DNA of 64,000 bases. Source: Acidobacteriaceae bacterium. Lineage in GTDB: Bacteria; Acidobacteriota; Terriglobia; Terriglobales; Acidobacteriaceae. The position numbers were made by a program, and so were the translations under genes. This document shows positions 45,416-55,600 of the stretch, one piece after another (positions within the stretch are counted from its first letter, which is position 1; every line of letters begins with the position of its first letter). The notes below the pieces were generated by a model. The model was not told where the DNA came from. It saw only the letters and a list, made by a program, of their open reading frames with translations, and did not search any database. The stretch covers positions 11,393 to 75,392 of the forward strand of contig DASWOP010000250.1 in NCBI GenBank assembly GCA_036404255.1, read 5' to 3'.

Positions 45416-45480
45416 TCAGAAGATGTTACTCATAAGCATATGGTTTGGACTACCCGTATTGAAAGGCATCAGCCCTTTGT

Positions 45481-45494
45481 TTATTGGCGTCCCC
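45481..45494. repeat. Exact 14-nt direct repeat TTATTGGCGTCCCC, copy 1 (att-like)
   Basis: Identical to 46784-46797. Followed by a GGAATTGAACC relic resembling the T-arm GGGATTCGAACC. Confidence 0.6.
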
Positions 45495-45821
45495 AAGCAT
45501 TCAGGAATTGAACCAATTAGCTGAAAATGTCTCTCTCGCCGAAGCTCTAAGTTTCGAGATTGCCGAAATCTCGACCCTTTGCGCCAGCATGAGTGAGGAG
45601 CCTGCCGGTCAATGGAGATGGCAGGCCATCCATGGGATCACCCAGCATCCCCGACGCGGCCACACCCCCATCCTCGCCAAACCTATTGGTACTTCCTTGA
45701 TCTGCAAGAACTGCTGCATTACTTCCCGCCGGTCGATTTCGACGCGCTTGCGGTTCGCATTGTGGCTGACCTGTACTATAGAAAGTGCTGGCGTTCCAAC
45801 ACGCGGGCAGGAGAGTGTCAA

Positions 45822-46025
45822 ATGGCATCAGGAACAGTGAAATGGTTCAACGACGCAAAGGGCTTTGGCTTTATCACACCGGACGACGGCAGCGCAGACC
45901 TTTTTGCCCATTACTCTGCAATCGCGTCAGACGGCTTCAAGTCGCTTCAGGAAGGCCAGAAAGTGACCTTCGAAGCGACCAAGGGGCCAAAGGGTATGCA
46001 GGCTTCGAATATCCAGGTCGCATAA
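45822..46025 (+). CDS. cspA: Cold-shock protein, CspA family
   Basis: [34 protein letters not shown] (RNP1/RNP2). 67 aa. GGAG-type SD upstream. The longer track ORFs here are leader artefacts. Confidence 0.95.
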   Translation: MASGTVKWFNDAKGFGFITPDDGSADLFAHYSAIASDGFKSLQEGQKVTFEATKGPKGMQASNIQVA

Positions 46026-46042
46026 GATTTGTACCAATGGGG

Positions 46043-46080
46043 TGGCTGTAACTCTGTGCTCGCCGGGTTACAGCCCTTTC
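46043..46080 (+). terminator. Hairpin GGCTGTAAC-N15-GTTACAGCC followed by CTTTCC, downstream of cspA
   Basis: Read directly; 9-bp stem. The T-tract is weak. Confidence 0.45.
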
Positions 46081-46129
46081 CATTCGACGATTGTGATACA
46101 CCGTAAACCAGGCGCGGCTCCAAAGCGCA

Positions 46130-46770
46130 AGCACAATCGCGCATTCCCGCTACAGTGGTTTGTGCGGTGTGACCACTGCGGCGCCGCACTTACGGGCGGC
46201 TTTTGTAAAGGGCGGTCGAAGCGATATCGGTACTACTAGTGCAGGAACCGCAAGTGCCATGCCGTGAACTTGAAGAGCGAACAGTTGGAGGCGGGATTTC
46301 TTGAACCTGCTTCACCGTCTGCACCCGAGTGCGGACGATGTGTCGATTTTCCCGAAGGTGGCAGCAAAGGTACGGGCCGCCCAGCAAGGCGATGCAGAGA
46401 AGCACGTCAAACGGTTGAAGGCTCGCCTTGAAGAACAGAAGGGCCGCAAGCGCAGGCTGCTCAACTCGATGTTGGATGGGACCGTGACCAGTGCGGACTA
46501 TACCGAAGCCAACGAGGATTTCGAGAGGGCGATTGCTGGTAGCGAAAAAGAGCTGCTTACGATTACGCCCCAGCAGGAAATTCAGGACGCATTCATCCGG
46601 TTCGCTAAGATTCACTTGAGGGATGTGGCCGGAGCCTGGCAGCTTGCGACACCGGAGCAACGGGGTCGGGTTCAAAATTTGCTGTTTGACAGGGGTTTAC
46701 CTTACTCATCAGACTACGGAATTTTGAACCGCTCTAAGTCTTGTTTATTCAGCAGCTTGGAGGTAGTTAA
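46130..46770 (+). pseudogene. Large serine recombinase remnant (zinc beta-ribbon plus coiled-coil C-terminal region only)
   Basis: FPLQWFVRCDHCGAALTGGF...KRYRYY-TAG-CRNRKCHAVNLKSEQLEAGF, then a frameshift into LNLLHRLHPS...KARLEEQKGRKRRLLNSMLDG... The resolvase catalytic domain is absent. Confidence 0.7.
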
Positions 46771-46787
46771 TTGTTCAGAAATATTAT

Positions 46788-46831
46788 TGGCGTCCCCGAC
46801 GGGATTCGAACCCGTGTTACCGCCGTGAAAG
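46788..46831 (-). other. 3' half of tRNA-Glu(UUC), from anticodon loop through CCA; not a functional tRNA
   Basis: The minus-strand sequence CTTTCACGGCGGTAACACGGGTTCGAATCCCGTCGGGGACGCCA matches recalled E. coli tRNA-Glu (CUUUCACGGCGGUAAC.GGGGUUCGAAUCCCCU.GGGGACGCCA). The 5' side of the anticodon stem, the D-arm and the 5' acceptor strand are missing. Confidence 0.7.
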
Positions 46832-46984
46832 GACCCTTGAGCCGTGTAACTCTAAGATTTCTTAGGGCACGGATGGCGCTCAAGGAGCCTCTCCGGGACG
46901 GCTGGAGCGGGTTTGTGGAACATTATTGGAACATTTTTATGTAGCACACACTTTCTAATCTTGTGCTACATTGAGATACGAGGT

Positions 46985-47311
46985 ATGACCATGCCCAAGA
47001 CAGCCGCAGTACGCACGCCACGAGTGCCCGCAAAGCGCACCGGCAAACCGGTACTGCCCTTCCAAAATTCTCTGGGAGAGGTTCTGGCCGTTGCCGAGCA
47101 GCGTGGTCTCCTCTCCGGTGCCAGAACCCATGTTATCCGTGGCCGGATGCCGGTCAGCCTGGTCGAACAGGCCAAGATGAGATCGGGCATCTCCTCGGAC
47201 TCGAAGCTTCTGGAAGCAGCGCTGGCGAATCTCGCCGTAGCCGATGACTATGCGCAATGGCTCCTAGCGCAACGTGGAACCATCCACCCCGAGCTAAACC
47301 TTGAGTTCTAA
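46985..47311 (+). CDS. RHH-type antitoxin candidate (VapB-like)
   Basis: Track ORF trimmed to the ATG at 46985. THVIRGRMPVSLVEQAKMRSGISSDSKLLEAALANLA fits strand-helix-helix. Its stop overlaps the PIN gene start by 11 nt. Confidence 0.55.
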   Translation: MTMPKTAAVRTPRVPAKRTGKPVLPFQNSLGEVLAVAEQRGLLSGARTHVIRGRMPVSLVEQAKMRSGISSDSKLLEAALANLAVADDYAQWLLAQRGTIHPELNLEF

Positions 47312-47876
47312 ATCCGATATGCAGCGCTCACTGCGGCGGTTCAAGCCCGCCGAACGCCGGAAGGCTCTCCAGTACCGTGAGCGGTCACAGCTTCCCTTTC
47401 TCGCCGCGGCAGACTCGGTTCCGAAGCTTCTCCTGCTGGACACGACGGTGTATATCGACGAGTTGCAGGGAAAGCTTCCGGCAGACGTCGAACTGGCCCT
47501 CCGCTCCACGACCTTGTGGCACTCTACGGTCACGGAAGCTGAGTTGGCCGCCCTTGCCGGTCTTCTCCATCCCAGCCACCCCGAGACGGAGCGGGCCATC
47601 GCCCAGGTCTTCGCCTCAATTGAACGCCGTCCTGAGCATCGCATCCTGAATCCAGATCGCGAGGTCTGGCGGGAGGCCGGCATCCTGGCGGGACTGCTGG
47701 CCCGGCTACAGCAGTACGGCAAAGCCGAGCAAAGGAAGGCACTGAACGATGCCCTCATCTTCCTGTCCGCAGCCAAGGCCGGACTGGCCGTCCTGACGCG
47801 CAATATCTCGGACTTCGATCTGTTGATGCAGCTCGTGCCAGGCGGCAAAGCGGTCTTCTATGATCGGGCCGTATGA
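47301..47876 (+). CDS. PIN-domain ribonuclease toxin (VapC-like) with ~40-aa N-terminal extension
   Basis: Acidic quartet context: LLLDTTVYIDEL, TEAELAAL, NDALIFLSA, LTRNISDFDLL. Confidence 0.7.
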   Translation: MSSKSDMQRSLRRFKPAERRKALQYRERSQLPFLAAADSVPKLLLLDTTVYIDELQGKLPADVELALRSTTLWHSTVTEAELAALAGLLHPSHPETERAIAQVFASIERRPEHRILNPDREVWREAGILAGLLARLQQYGKAEQRKALNDALIFLSAAKAGLAVLTRNISDFDLLMQLVPGGKAVFYDRAV

Positions 47877-47894
47877 CCATCCGGTATCCCGTCT

Positions 47895-48206
47895 GTGCCT
47901 TCCATTTCCGTACCGTGGTACGCTTGTAAACCTATGGCTTCTTGTGCAGCAATGAGTCAACCGGAAGTGGAGCGGGTTCAGACCGGCATCCGCATGGAAC
48001 GCCGCCTGCTGAAGGTGCTTAAAGCCACGGCGGAGTTGAAGGATATGTCCGTAGGTGATCTGCTGGAAGGCATTGTGCTGCATGCGTTCGAGGGGAAATT
48101 GCCTTTTTCACCGGAAACCCTGCAGCAGATCCGTGAATTCAAAGCCATCTATGGGATGTTATTACGGGCCTCCGACAGCCTTTCACTGAAAAAGAGCAAG
48201 AAATAA
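47895..48206 (+). CDS. Orphan RHH-like small protein (paralog A)
   Basis: GIRMERRLLKVLKATAELKDMSVGDLLEGIVLHAFEG...FSPETLQQIREFKAIYG. The real start may be the ATG at 47952. Confidence 0.5.
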   Translation: MPSISVPWYACKPMASCAAMSQPEVERVQTGIRMERRLLKVLKATAELKDMSVGDLLEGIVLHAFEGKLPFSPETLQQIREFKAIYGMLLRASDSLSLKKSKK

Positions 48207-48308
48207 CCTAAACGATCTGATTGATCCAGCGGAAGCTTGCCACCCCAATAAGGTATAGCCGATCTGCGAGTCCAGCCACATCGAAGCGAAAGGCCACCTA
48301 CATAGCCA

Positions 48309-48668
48309 TTAGCCCATAGATTGCTTATTTAAATTCTCCCACGTCTCAATGTAGTCAAAATCTACAGCCTTGGCGGTGAGTCCATAGATTGCCCTGAATT
48401 TGCTAATGGCTTTCAACTCATCTTCTGAAAATGCTGCGGTTCCCTCCAATGCACGAAGGACTATTCTTTCAAGGAGTTCGCTGACTGAAACATCTTCAAG
48501 CGCTGCAGTCGCCTTGAGAATTTTCAAAATCCGACTATCGAGAGTCAACCCTCGTCGCATCTTCGCTGCCTCCAAAGCAGTAACGCCCCGTCTTGAAAAG
48601 TGATACACCTTGGTTCCTGTCGAGATGTAGAGGGTTGCAGCATTGTGATCAGCCACTATCTGCTTCAA
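48309..48668 (-). CDS. Orphan RHH-like small protein (paralog B), convergent with paralog A
   Basis: GLTLDSRILKILKATAALEDVSVSELLERIVLRALEG...FSEDELKAISKFRAIYG. Codon usage is clearly more AT-rich than paralog A. Confidence 0.5.
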   Translation of the reverse strand: MKQIVADHNAATLYISTGTKVYHFSRRGVTALEAAKMRRGLTLDSRILKILKATAALEDVSVSELLERIVLRALEGTAAFSEDELKAISKFRAIYGLTAKAVDFDYIETWENLNKQSMG

Positions 48669-48841
48669 CCGACTGTTCTAGTCCTGAAGTTGTTTCATCT
48701 GACAGGCTTGATCCGTCTTCATGCAACATGTTGCTTCTTCTATCTAAAAGACCTGTTCGCTGTTCCTCACCTGCTCTACGGGAACGCCTAGCTTCCGCCT
48801 GTTTCAGCACGGCCACAATCTGCTCTATAGAGATGTTTCTT

Positions 48842-48872
48842 CCGGCAAAAATCTCCCTTCAGATTTTGCCGG
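48842..48872 (-). terminator. Hairpin CCGGCAAAAATCT-N6-AGATTTTGCCGG downstream of the SGNH gene
   Basis: Read directly; 12-bp stem with one bulge and no clear U-tract. Confidence 0.4.
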
Positions 48873-48911
48873 AGGCTGACATTTCAACTGGTTCAAAAAA
48901 TAGAGGACCGA

Positions 48912-49775
48912 TCAGGGAACGCGCTTTTCCTTATCGCCATAAAGGCGCGCGACAGTGGGTTCGATTGCCTGGAGCATACGTTTACCACCCTGAGGAGTAG
49001 GATGCACTGCTGCTGCGCCGGGACGAAGAATAGGATCCATAAACAGGCTCGTATCCAATTCGCCACCCTTCAGAAACACATAACCAGCATCAACAAAGGT
49101 GACAGAGCCACTCTTGCCATAACGGATCGCAAGATAACTATTTACCTCACGATCCTCGGCCTGAATCTCCGGAGTGCTCTGCTTGGGAAGAATGCCCATC
49201 AGAAGAATCTTTGCTTGGGGTACGCGAGTATGCAACTCGTCGACCACCTTATCGATGCCCCCCTGGGTTTGAGCGGCCGTCCATTTGCAGCGCAGTGTAT
49301 TGTTGGTTCCGATCAACACCACAATGAGCCGGGGCGATATGCCATCAAACGCCCCATGCTCAATCCTCCAGAGGACATTGGATGTCGTATCGGCACTGAT
49401 GCCGAGATTGAGTGGCTGGCGATCGCCATAAAAACTATCGAAGATCGGTTTTAGCTTCTCCAAAGCATCCGGACGGTTGAGGTCCCAGTTGCGAGTAATC
49501 GAATCGCCAAGAAAGACAATTTGCGGTGGATGCGCGCGGGCTTCCTGCAGCTTGGCTTGTTCCCGTTCATCCCATCCAACTTTTTGAAAATGCGGAGTAG
49601 GAGTTGCCGCCGGATTTCCTCCTGCCGCTGCAAGTTCTGCATCATGGCAATCATTACCGTGAGCCGTAGGCGTAGTGATAGCAGGCGCTACTACAGGCTG
49701 TTGCGCCATGGCTCCAATACTGTAGGCCAGAATAGCGCTACAGACTAATCGATAGTATGGGTGCTTCGAAATCAT
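48912..49775 (-). CDS. Secreted SGNH/GDSL hydrolase (carbohydrate or sialate O-acetylesterase-like)
   Basis: Signal peptide. Block I VFLGDSITRNW, block III LIGTNN, C-terminal AAVHPTPQGG (DxxH-like). Confidence 0.8.
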   Translation of the reverse strand: MISKHPYYRLVCSAILAYSIGAMAQQPVVAPAITTPTAHGNDCHDAELAAAGGNPAATPTPHFQKVGWDEREQAKLQEARAHPPQIVFLGDSITRNWDLNRPDALEKLKPIFDSFYGDRQPLNLGISADTTSNVLWRIEHGAFDGISPRLIVVLIGTNNTLRCKWTAAQTQGGIDKVVDELHTRVPQAKILLMGILPKQSTPEIQAEDREVNSYLAIRYGKSGSVTFVDAGYVFLKGGELDTSLFMDPILRPGAAAVHPTPQGGKRMLQAIEPTVARLYGDKEKRVP

Positions 49776-49797
49776 TCCTTCCCTTTACTTGCGCGTG

Positions 49798-52167
49798 CTA
49801 AGGCCTCTGGCCAATCTTGCCTGCTTTGACGGCAAGAGCCATTGGAGTGATAACTGGTGCAGCCTGTCCCACAAGAACCGTCACATAATTAATAACCGTA
49901 CCGCCGGTATTTGTGTTGTTCATCATCCATACATTGCCGGAGAGATCGATTCCGAGACCGCGCGAGTTGCGAAGAATCGGAGAAGCGGTCGTGCCGCCGC
50001 CGTTCGCCGCCCCTGTCGTATAGCCAGTTGTGCCCGCAAGCGAGGTAATCACTGGCGGATTAACTCCATCAGCACTAGCAGAAAGTACGGGAATAACAGC
50101 GCCGGTCCCATTAGCAATCCAGGCATGATTGGCGCCATCCACGGCAACGGTGTAGCCCAAGTTCACGCCGCCAAAATTAGCCGCTGTGGTAATAGAACCT
50201 GCACTCGTATTAGGAATGGAGCCATCGGTTTTACTAACCACAAGGTAGGTTACCGTGCTGGCGTTTGCCCCAGAAGAACCGTCGTTCACTACCCAGAGAT
50301 TATTGTTGGCATCAACGGCGATGCCCAGAGGATTATTGACTGCGGCAGCAAAGGTATCGTTTGGAGTGATGGGATTAGTAGCAGAAGTGCAATCCACTGT
50401 GCTCGTCGTTATGGGACTTTTTGAGGTCTGAGTAGCCGTAGTGTTCGCCGGGAACTGGAAGATAGCACCGTAATTTATTGAACTAATTTGGCATGCCTGA
50501 CGAGTTACTACCCACACAAAGGGCCCCGCAGGATTCGTATCCACGGCCAGAAACTCCGGATATGCGCTGATCGTGGTGCCGCTTGTGAGGGTGCTCCCGG
50601 AGTTCGCAAAAACGCCGAATGGTTTGGAGCTCGTAGCGACAAACACATTGTTACTTCCATCCACCGCGAGGTTATACGGCTGAGTATAGGTAAAATAACC
50701 GGAGGTCGTGCCACCTGCAGCCTGGCCAGCAGCCAGAGAGCCGGTCACTTTTACTACCGTCTGTGCAGCCGGGCTTCCAGAAGACGTTTCGAAGGTATTG
50801 CCAATCCATGCATTATTACCAAGATCGACAGCTACACCTTTTGGACCGCCGCTGCTGGTACTTTCAGTGAGCGTGTGTGTGGCTCCCTGCGTGGCTGTAG
50901 TGGTAAGGCCGCCACTAGCGGTGTAGGACGTGATTGGCTGGGTAATAATTCTGCCATCGGGAGCGACTTCAGCGAGATTAGGCTGGGCGACGACTACCGG
51001 TCCCGTAGTGTTATAGGCCCCATTACTTGTGATCCAACCATTTCCATATGTATCAAAGGCAATGGCAATGGGCGACTGAAGTGCAGTTGCGCTGGAACTA
51101 GTGAGTGGCTGCAAGCCTACTGCAACTGTCCAATCTTTCGGTGCCGCACTGAGTCCAGGGAATGGTGGCGTTGCCGTGGCATGTGCAAAGAGCGCTGAGA
51201 TATTATTCATCGGATTCTGCGCCATATACCAGGCAGCTTGAATCGTATCTGCGGCAATCGTCGAACTGGCTGGGGTCGCATCATTCATTAGCGTTGCGCA
51301 ATTCGTACTACTTATCGGATCTGTATTGACGCAATAAGCGAGAATGTCAGCGATGGTATAAATCTTGGCATACTCCGGCGTGGCCCAACTATTCTTCGGC
51401 GGATTGGAACTGCCGAGTGAGATATCGACAAGATTGGGAACCATATTGAATGCATTCACCATTCCCTGCACCGCCGATTGAACACCGCTACCACCGTATC
51501 CACCTGCAGGCCCGCTTGGTGCACCTATGCTTGGCGCCAAATAGTTGCCCGGAGCCGGCGCAGCCATAAACTGCTGCAACGCCCATACGGTGGCAACGGT
51601 TGTGACCTCATTGATGTTGACAAAAGGAACATTGCCCGCAAGTGTGCCAGTAGACGGACAGGCCCCCAGGGCCGCGATAAGTGCGATGTACTGGTTGTTA
51701 ACTGTTCCACCTAGTCCGGGATTGCCACCAGTAGCCAGTGCATATACCTGCTGTCCTTCCGTGCATGTATAGTCGCCTGTAATCGTGAAAACGCCGGTAG
51801 CATCCGTCTGAGGCAGCGACGTGCACGTCCCTCCGCTACAGCCCTGCGCCCCGCCAGGATAATAACTGCCTGAAGGAATAAGAGGTATGGCTCCGACACC
51901 ATAGTCGCCAGTGCTGGAGCCCGATGAAGGCATTGGCGGCGCGCCCGCGGCATAAAGTTGAATTGTGGCACCGACAATAGGAAGATTCCCTCCATAGACA
52001 CTTCCGCGCAAGTTGACCGAGGAGTTCAAAGATGATGTCGAGCCGCCGCTCAAACTAAATTCGCCCATTGCACACCCTGCGAGAGCGCAAAGTTGAAGCA
52101 GAGCGATCGATTGTGCGATACGGAAAACTAATTGCGCGGACGAACGAAACATCGTTGCTTTGGTCAT
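49798..52167 (-). CDS. Surface lipoprotein with CarboxypepD_reg-like domain and NHL-like blades (paralog 3 of 3)
   Basis: Lipobox LCALAGCA. GSVYGGNLPIVGATIQLYAAG. NEVTTVATVWALQQFM. IADILAYCVNT. Repeats GNGWITSNG / NNAWIGNT / NNLWVVNDG / NHAWIANG / GNVWMMNN. Start is 52167 or 52152. Confidence 0.75.
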   Translation of the reverse strand: MTKATMFRSSAQLVFRIAQSIALLQLCALAGCAMGEFSLSGGSTSSLNSSVNLRGSVYGGNLPIVGATIQLYAAGAPPMPSSGSSTGDYGVGAIPLIPSGSYYPGGAQGCSGGTCTSLPQTDATGVFTITGDYTCTEGQQVYALATGGNPGLGGTVNNQYIALIAALGACPSTGTLAGNVPFVNINEVTTVATVWALQQFMAAPAPGNYLAPSIGAPSGPAGGYGGSGVQSAVQGMVNAFNMVPNLVDISLGSSNPPKNSWATPEYAKIYTIADILAYCVNTDPISSTNCATLMNDATPASSTIAADTIQAAWYMAQNPMNNISALFAHATATPPFPGLSAAPKDWTVAVGLQPLTSSSATALQSPIAIAFDTYGNGWITSNGAYNTTGPVVVAQPNLAEVAPDGRIITQPITSYTASGGLTTTATQGATHTLTESTSSGGPKGVAVDLGNNAWIGNTFETSSGSPAAQTVVKVTGSLAAGQAAGGTTSGYFTYTQPYNLAVDGSNNVFVATSSKPFGVFANSGSTLTSGTTISAYPEFLAVDTNPAGPFVWVVTRQACQISSINYGAIFQFPANTTATQTSKSPITTSTVDCTSATNPITPNDTFAAAVNNPLGIAVDANNNLWVVNDGSSGANASTVTYLVVSKTDGSIPNTSAGSITTAANFGGVNLGYTVAVDGANHAWIANGTGAVIPVLSASADGVNPPVITSLAGTTGYTTGAANGGGTTASPILRNSRGLGIDLSGNVWMMNNTNTGGTVINYVTVLVGQAAPVITPMALAVKAGKIGQRP

Positions 52168-52646
52168 GGACTTGAGTCCTCTAATGGCGCTTGGGGATGG
52201 AAGCAATTGCGTTTACAACTTGCATACAGCCCGGTTTCCAATCGAACAAAACGATAAGAGGGCCCGTATAGGACATGCAATGCTCAGAACGCCTCAAGTT
52301 GTGTAGTTTCCGACTATTGCCCTGACTGCGTTGCGAAATGTGCTGAGCATTAATGTGCACTCATGCCCGTTTTTCTTGACGGTAGTGCTGATGAGAGAGT
52401 GTGCACCGACAGAAATTTAGACATGTATGCGAGTTGTAATTGCGCAAGGATACAAGCTGTCATAACAATGGGTACGGCTGAAAAGTACCAGAGGTCGATT
52501 AGTCTGTACATTGCCTCTTCCACTCCGGCGCAACTAGTGTTGCTGGGTTCCCGAAAGGCCGACTGTGGCCGGCCTTAAATACAAGAATTCGGCTAATCCT
52601 TTACGCATGGCCGGCAACAATGCAATAGCAATTCCGGAGAGACCAG

Positions 52647-55600
52647 ATGAAGCGATTAATTTCCCTGTTCTGCGTAGTTTTGAGTTCTGCCCTATGTTTG
52701 GCCCAGACAAGCACGGGCAGCATAACAGGACAAATTCATGATTCAATGCACCTGCCCGTGACCAATGTGACTGTAATCATTGCAAATCCGGCAATGAATT
52801 TTTTGGTCAAAGTGAAGACCAATTCTTCCGGCGTCTATAGCAGTTCCTCGCTGCAGCCGGGCGTATATACGATTACCGCCGAACGGGACGGATTTGAACG
52901 GGTCCAAATAGACAATGTTTCCGTCGATCCCGGCGGAACAGTCACCAACGATTTCAATTTAAGAGTGGGAAAATCCGACATCGTAGTGAACGTTAATGCG
53001 AATGATGAAGGACTATCCACCACTTCAGCCACGATCGCAACAACGGTCACTCGTGAGCTGGCGATTGATATTCCGCTTGCGGAACGCAGCGCCCTCTCGC
53101 TGGTTACCTTGTCCGGCGGAGTACAAGGCGATCCGCAATACTCCGGTGGCGTACAGAGCGAGAATCCAGGTATCTACACGCAACCCAACACCCCGGGGGC
53201 GTCACTTTCCATCAGCGGTGGTCGACCAGGTTCAGTTTCGCACCTTATGGACGGCTTCGACATCACACAGTCGGGCTATCCACGGGCCGGCATTACTTTT
53301 TCCTCGACCAGTATTTCAGGCATTACCATTATGCAGAACGGTTTACCCGCGCAATATGGCCGCAGCGGCGGCGGCATCATTAACCAAGCCTCTGCATCCG
53401 GCACAAATACGTATCATGGCATCCTGATCTACCGGCACCTCGACCCTTATTTTGAAAACACTCCCTACGGTTCCATCAGTGCACCCGCACATCACCAGAC
53501 ACTGATCACCGTGGCCGCCGGTGGCCCGGTGCCGATACGTTATTGGGGTCTCAACCGTAAATCATTTTTCTACGCCTCGTTTGAACCTCTGCGTAATACG
53601 GACCAGCAATTTGTGCGGCGTAGATTATTCACGCCAGATGAACTCGCTGGCCGTCTGCACAACAGCTTCGATCTGCTGGACACCGATGTCCTGAAAAACT
53701 CCGGTTACGCAGCAGCAATTGCTGCTCCCCGGAAAAATACTGAATGGTACCAGTTCAATCGCAACACGCAGGGCTTCCCCATCGGAAAGCAGTTCACCTC
53801 GACGAGCCTCTATCAGCAGATCCCGAACGATGATGTCTCGGCACAGGTAGCGGCAAATCCTGTTGCGCAATATATATTTTCTCGCATGCCCACACCAGAT
53901 AATCCTGGACCCTATGCCCACTTCAACCACGCGGACGCCTCATACGATGCCGATGGCTTGAATGGCTATGGAGCACGCGGATCCCGCAACACCGACAATA
54001 GATATTTGATTCGCTGGGACCAGGAGTTCACAGGACGCGATCATGTCTTTGCGCGCTATGCGAGTGTGCCGGTCACGGGCAATCGCTTCGATTATCTCGG
54101 ACCAAACTCAGAGATGGGTGCAATCTTTCAAGACAAGGTGAGTTCTCAAAATATTGCCATCAGCTATACCCATATCTTTACCGGAAACACCGTGAACGAG
54201 GCTCGCGTAAGCTATCTGCGCGCAAATCGCTATCGCGGCGGTTCCCCCACAGCCCTTACAAAGGACTGGGGTGCGGCACTAGGGCTGGCACCGGCAGTTT
54301 CAGGAGTTGGCTTCCCCCAGATCAACTTCTCAGGAACCATTGGCCAGATAGGCTCTGGCGGGGCCATTACTGACGCTGGCCGCAGCCTGGATGTCAACTT
54401 CGGGGTAGGCGACGATGTTTCCATTCAGAAGGGCGCACACACCATTCGTTTCGGCTTTGACTATCGCGCGCTGCAATTAAACCGAACCGATAACTCCGAT
54501 CTCGGCGGCGGTCAATATAACTTCTCAGCAGGCTATACCGGGAAGGGCTCCGCAGCAGCAGGTAGCAGCATCGCCACCTTCGACCTGGGTATTATTCCCT
54601 CTCTCGCCGTACGGCAAAGCCAACCTTATTACTATCGCTGGAAGTATGGTGCAGCCTATATTCAGGACGACTGGAGAGCGCTGGCGAAGCTAACAGTAAA
54701 CTATGGCATTCGCTATAACGTGGAAACGCCCCGCATGGAGAAATTCAACATCCAGGGTATCTTCCTGCCGAATGCTGCTGGCACCTACAACGGCACCGGC
54801 ACATATTCAAGCGTGCCCGCAACCGGCGGATTTGCATACTCCACAACAAACGGCACAGGCAAAACCCTGTGGCCAGTCAATTACAAGTCCTTCGAACCTC
54901 GTGTTGGGCTTTCTTATCAACTCAATCGGAAAATGACGATTCGCTCCGCCTACTCACTGATACACACACCCCTGACCGGCATCTCCAATTCCGTTGTGCC
55001 GGATCTATCAGCTTCGGCGGTAAGCATTGGCAGCAGTGGTGCTGGCGGTGTCGATCCAAACTCCTGGGTAAACTACATCACCAATCCGGTGGCAACACCC
55101 ATTACTCTGCCTGGGGTCGCTCATATCAACCAGTCGCTGGTAGAGACCTACAACGCCTCATCCTACCTGCCCTACATTGAGCAGAACGACACGGTTCCTT
55201 ATGTTCAACTGTGGTCTCTCTCTTTTCAGATGCAGGTAACATCGGCTACCGTGATGGAAATTGATTACTCTGGGCAGAAAGGAACCCATCTTTACTCAAC
55301 GCCCCGGGCATTCAACTCCGCCAGCCTCAATAAGCTGATAGCCGATGTGAAGGCCAATACTAATTTTTCTGGAACCAGCACAAATGCTTACGGCTACAAG
55401 GTAACTGGCCAGCAGGCAGAGCGCCCATACCAGCAGTTCTATAACAATCCCATCATGACGGCGTTTGAGCGTAATGCGAGTTCAAGCTACAATGGGGTCT
55501 ATATGAATGTTCGGCACCGTGCACGTGCCGGCCTGATGGTCCTGGGCAGCTTTACCTGGGCCAAATCTATGGATGATGCTTCTGCCGGAAACCTAGACAC

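Noticed and set aside
45484-45821. 118-aa and 137-aa ORFs covering the cspA leader
   Set aside because: Only the last 67 codons are Csp-like and they have their own SD and ATG at 45822. The upstream parts have no homology and cross the att-like repeat.
46788-46900. A full-length long-arm tRNA, tRNA-Sec or tmRNA 3' end, suggested by a near-complementary CCGGGAC about 105 nt upstream
   Set aside because: The implied length of 112 nt is too long. There is no D-arm consensus, and no anticodon stem pairs with GGCGG. Only the 44-nt 3' half matches tRNA-Glu.
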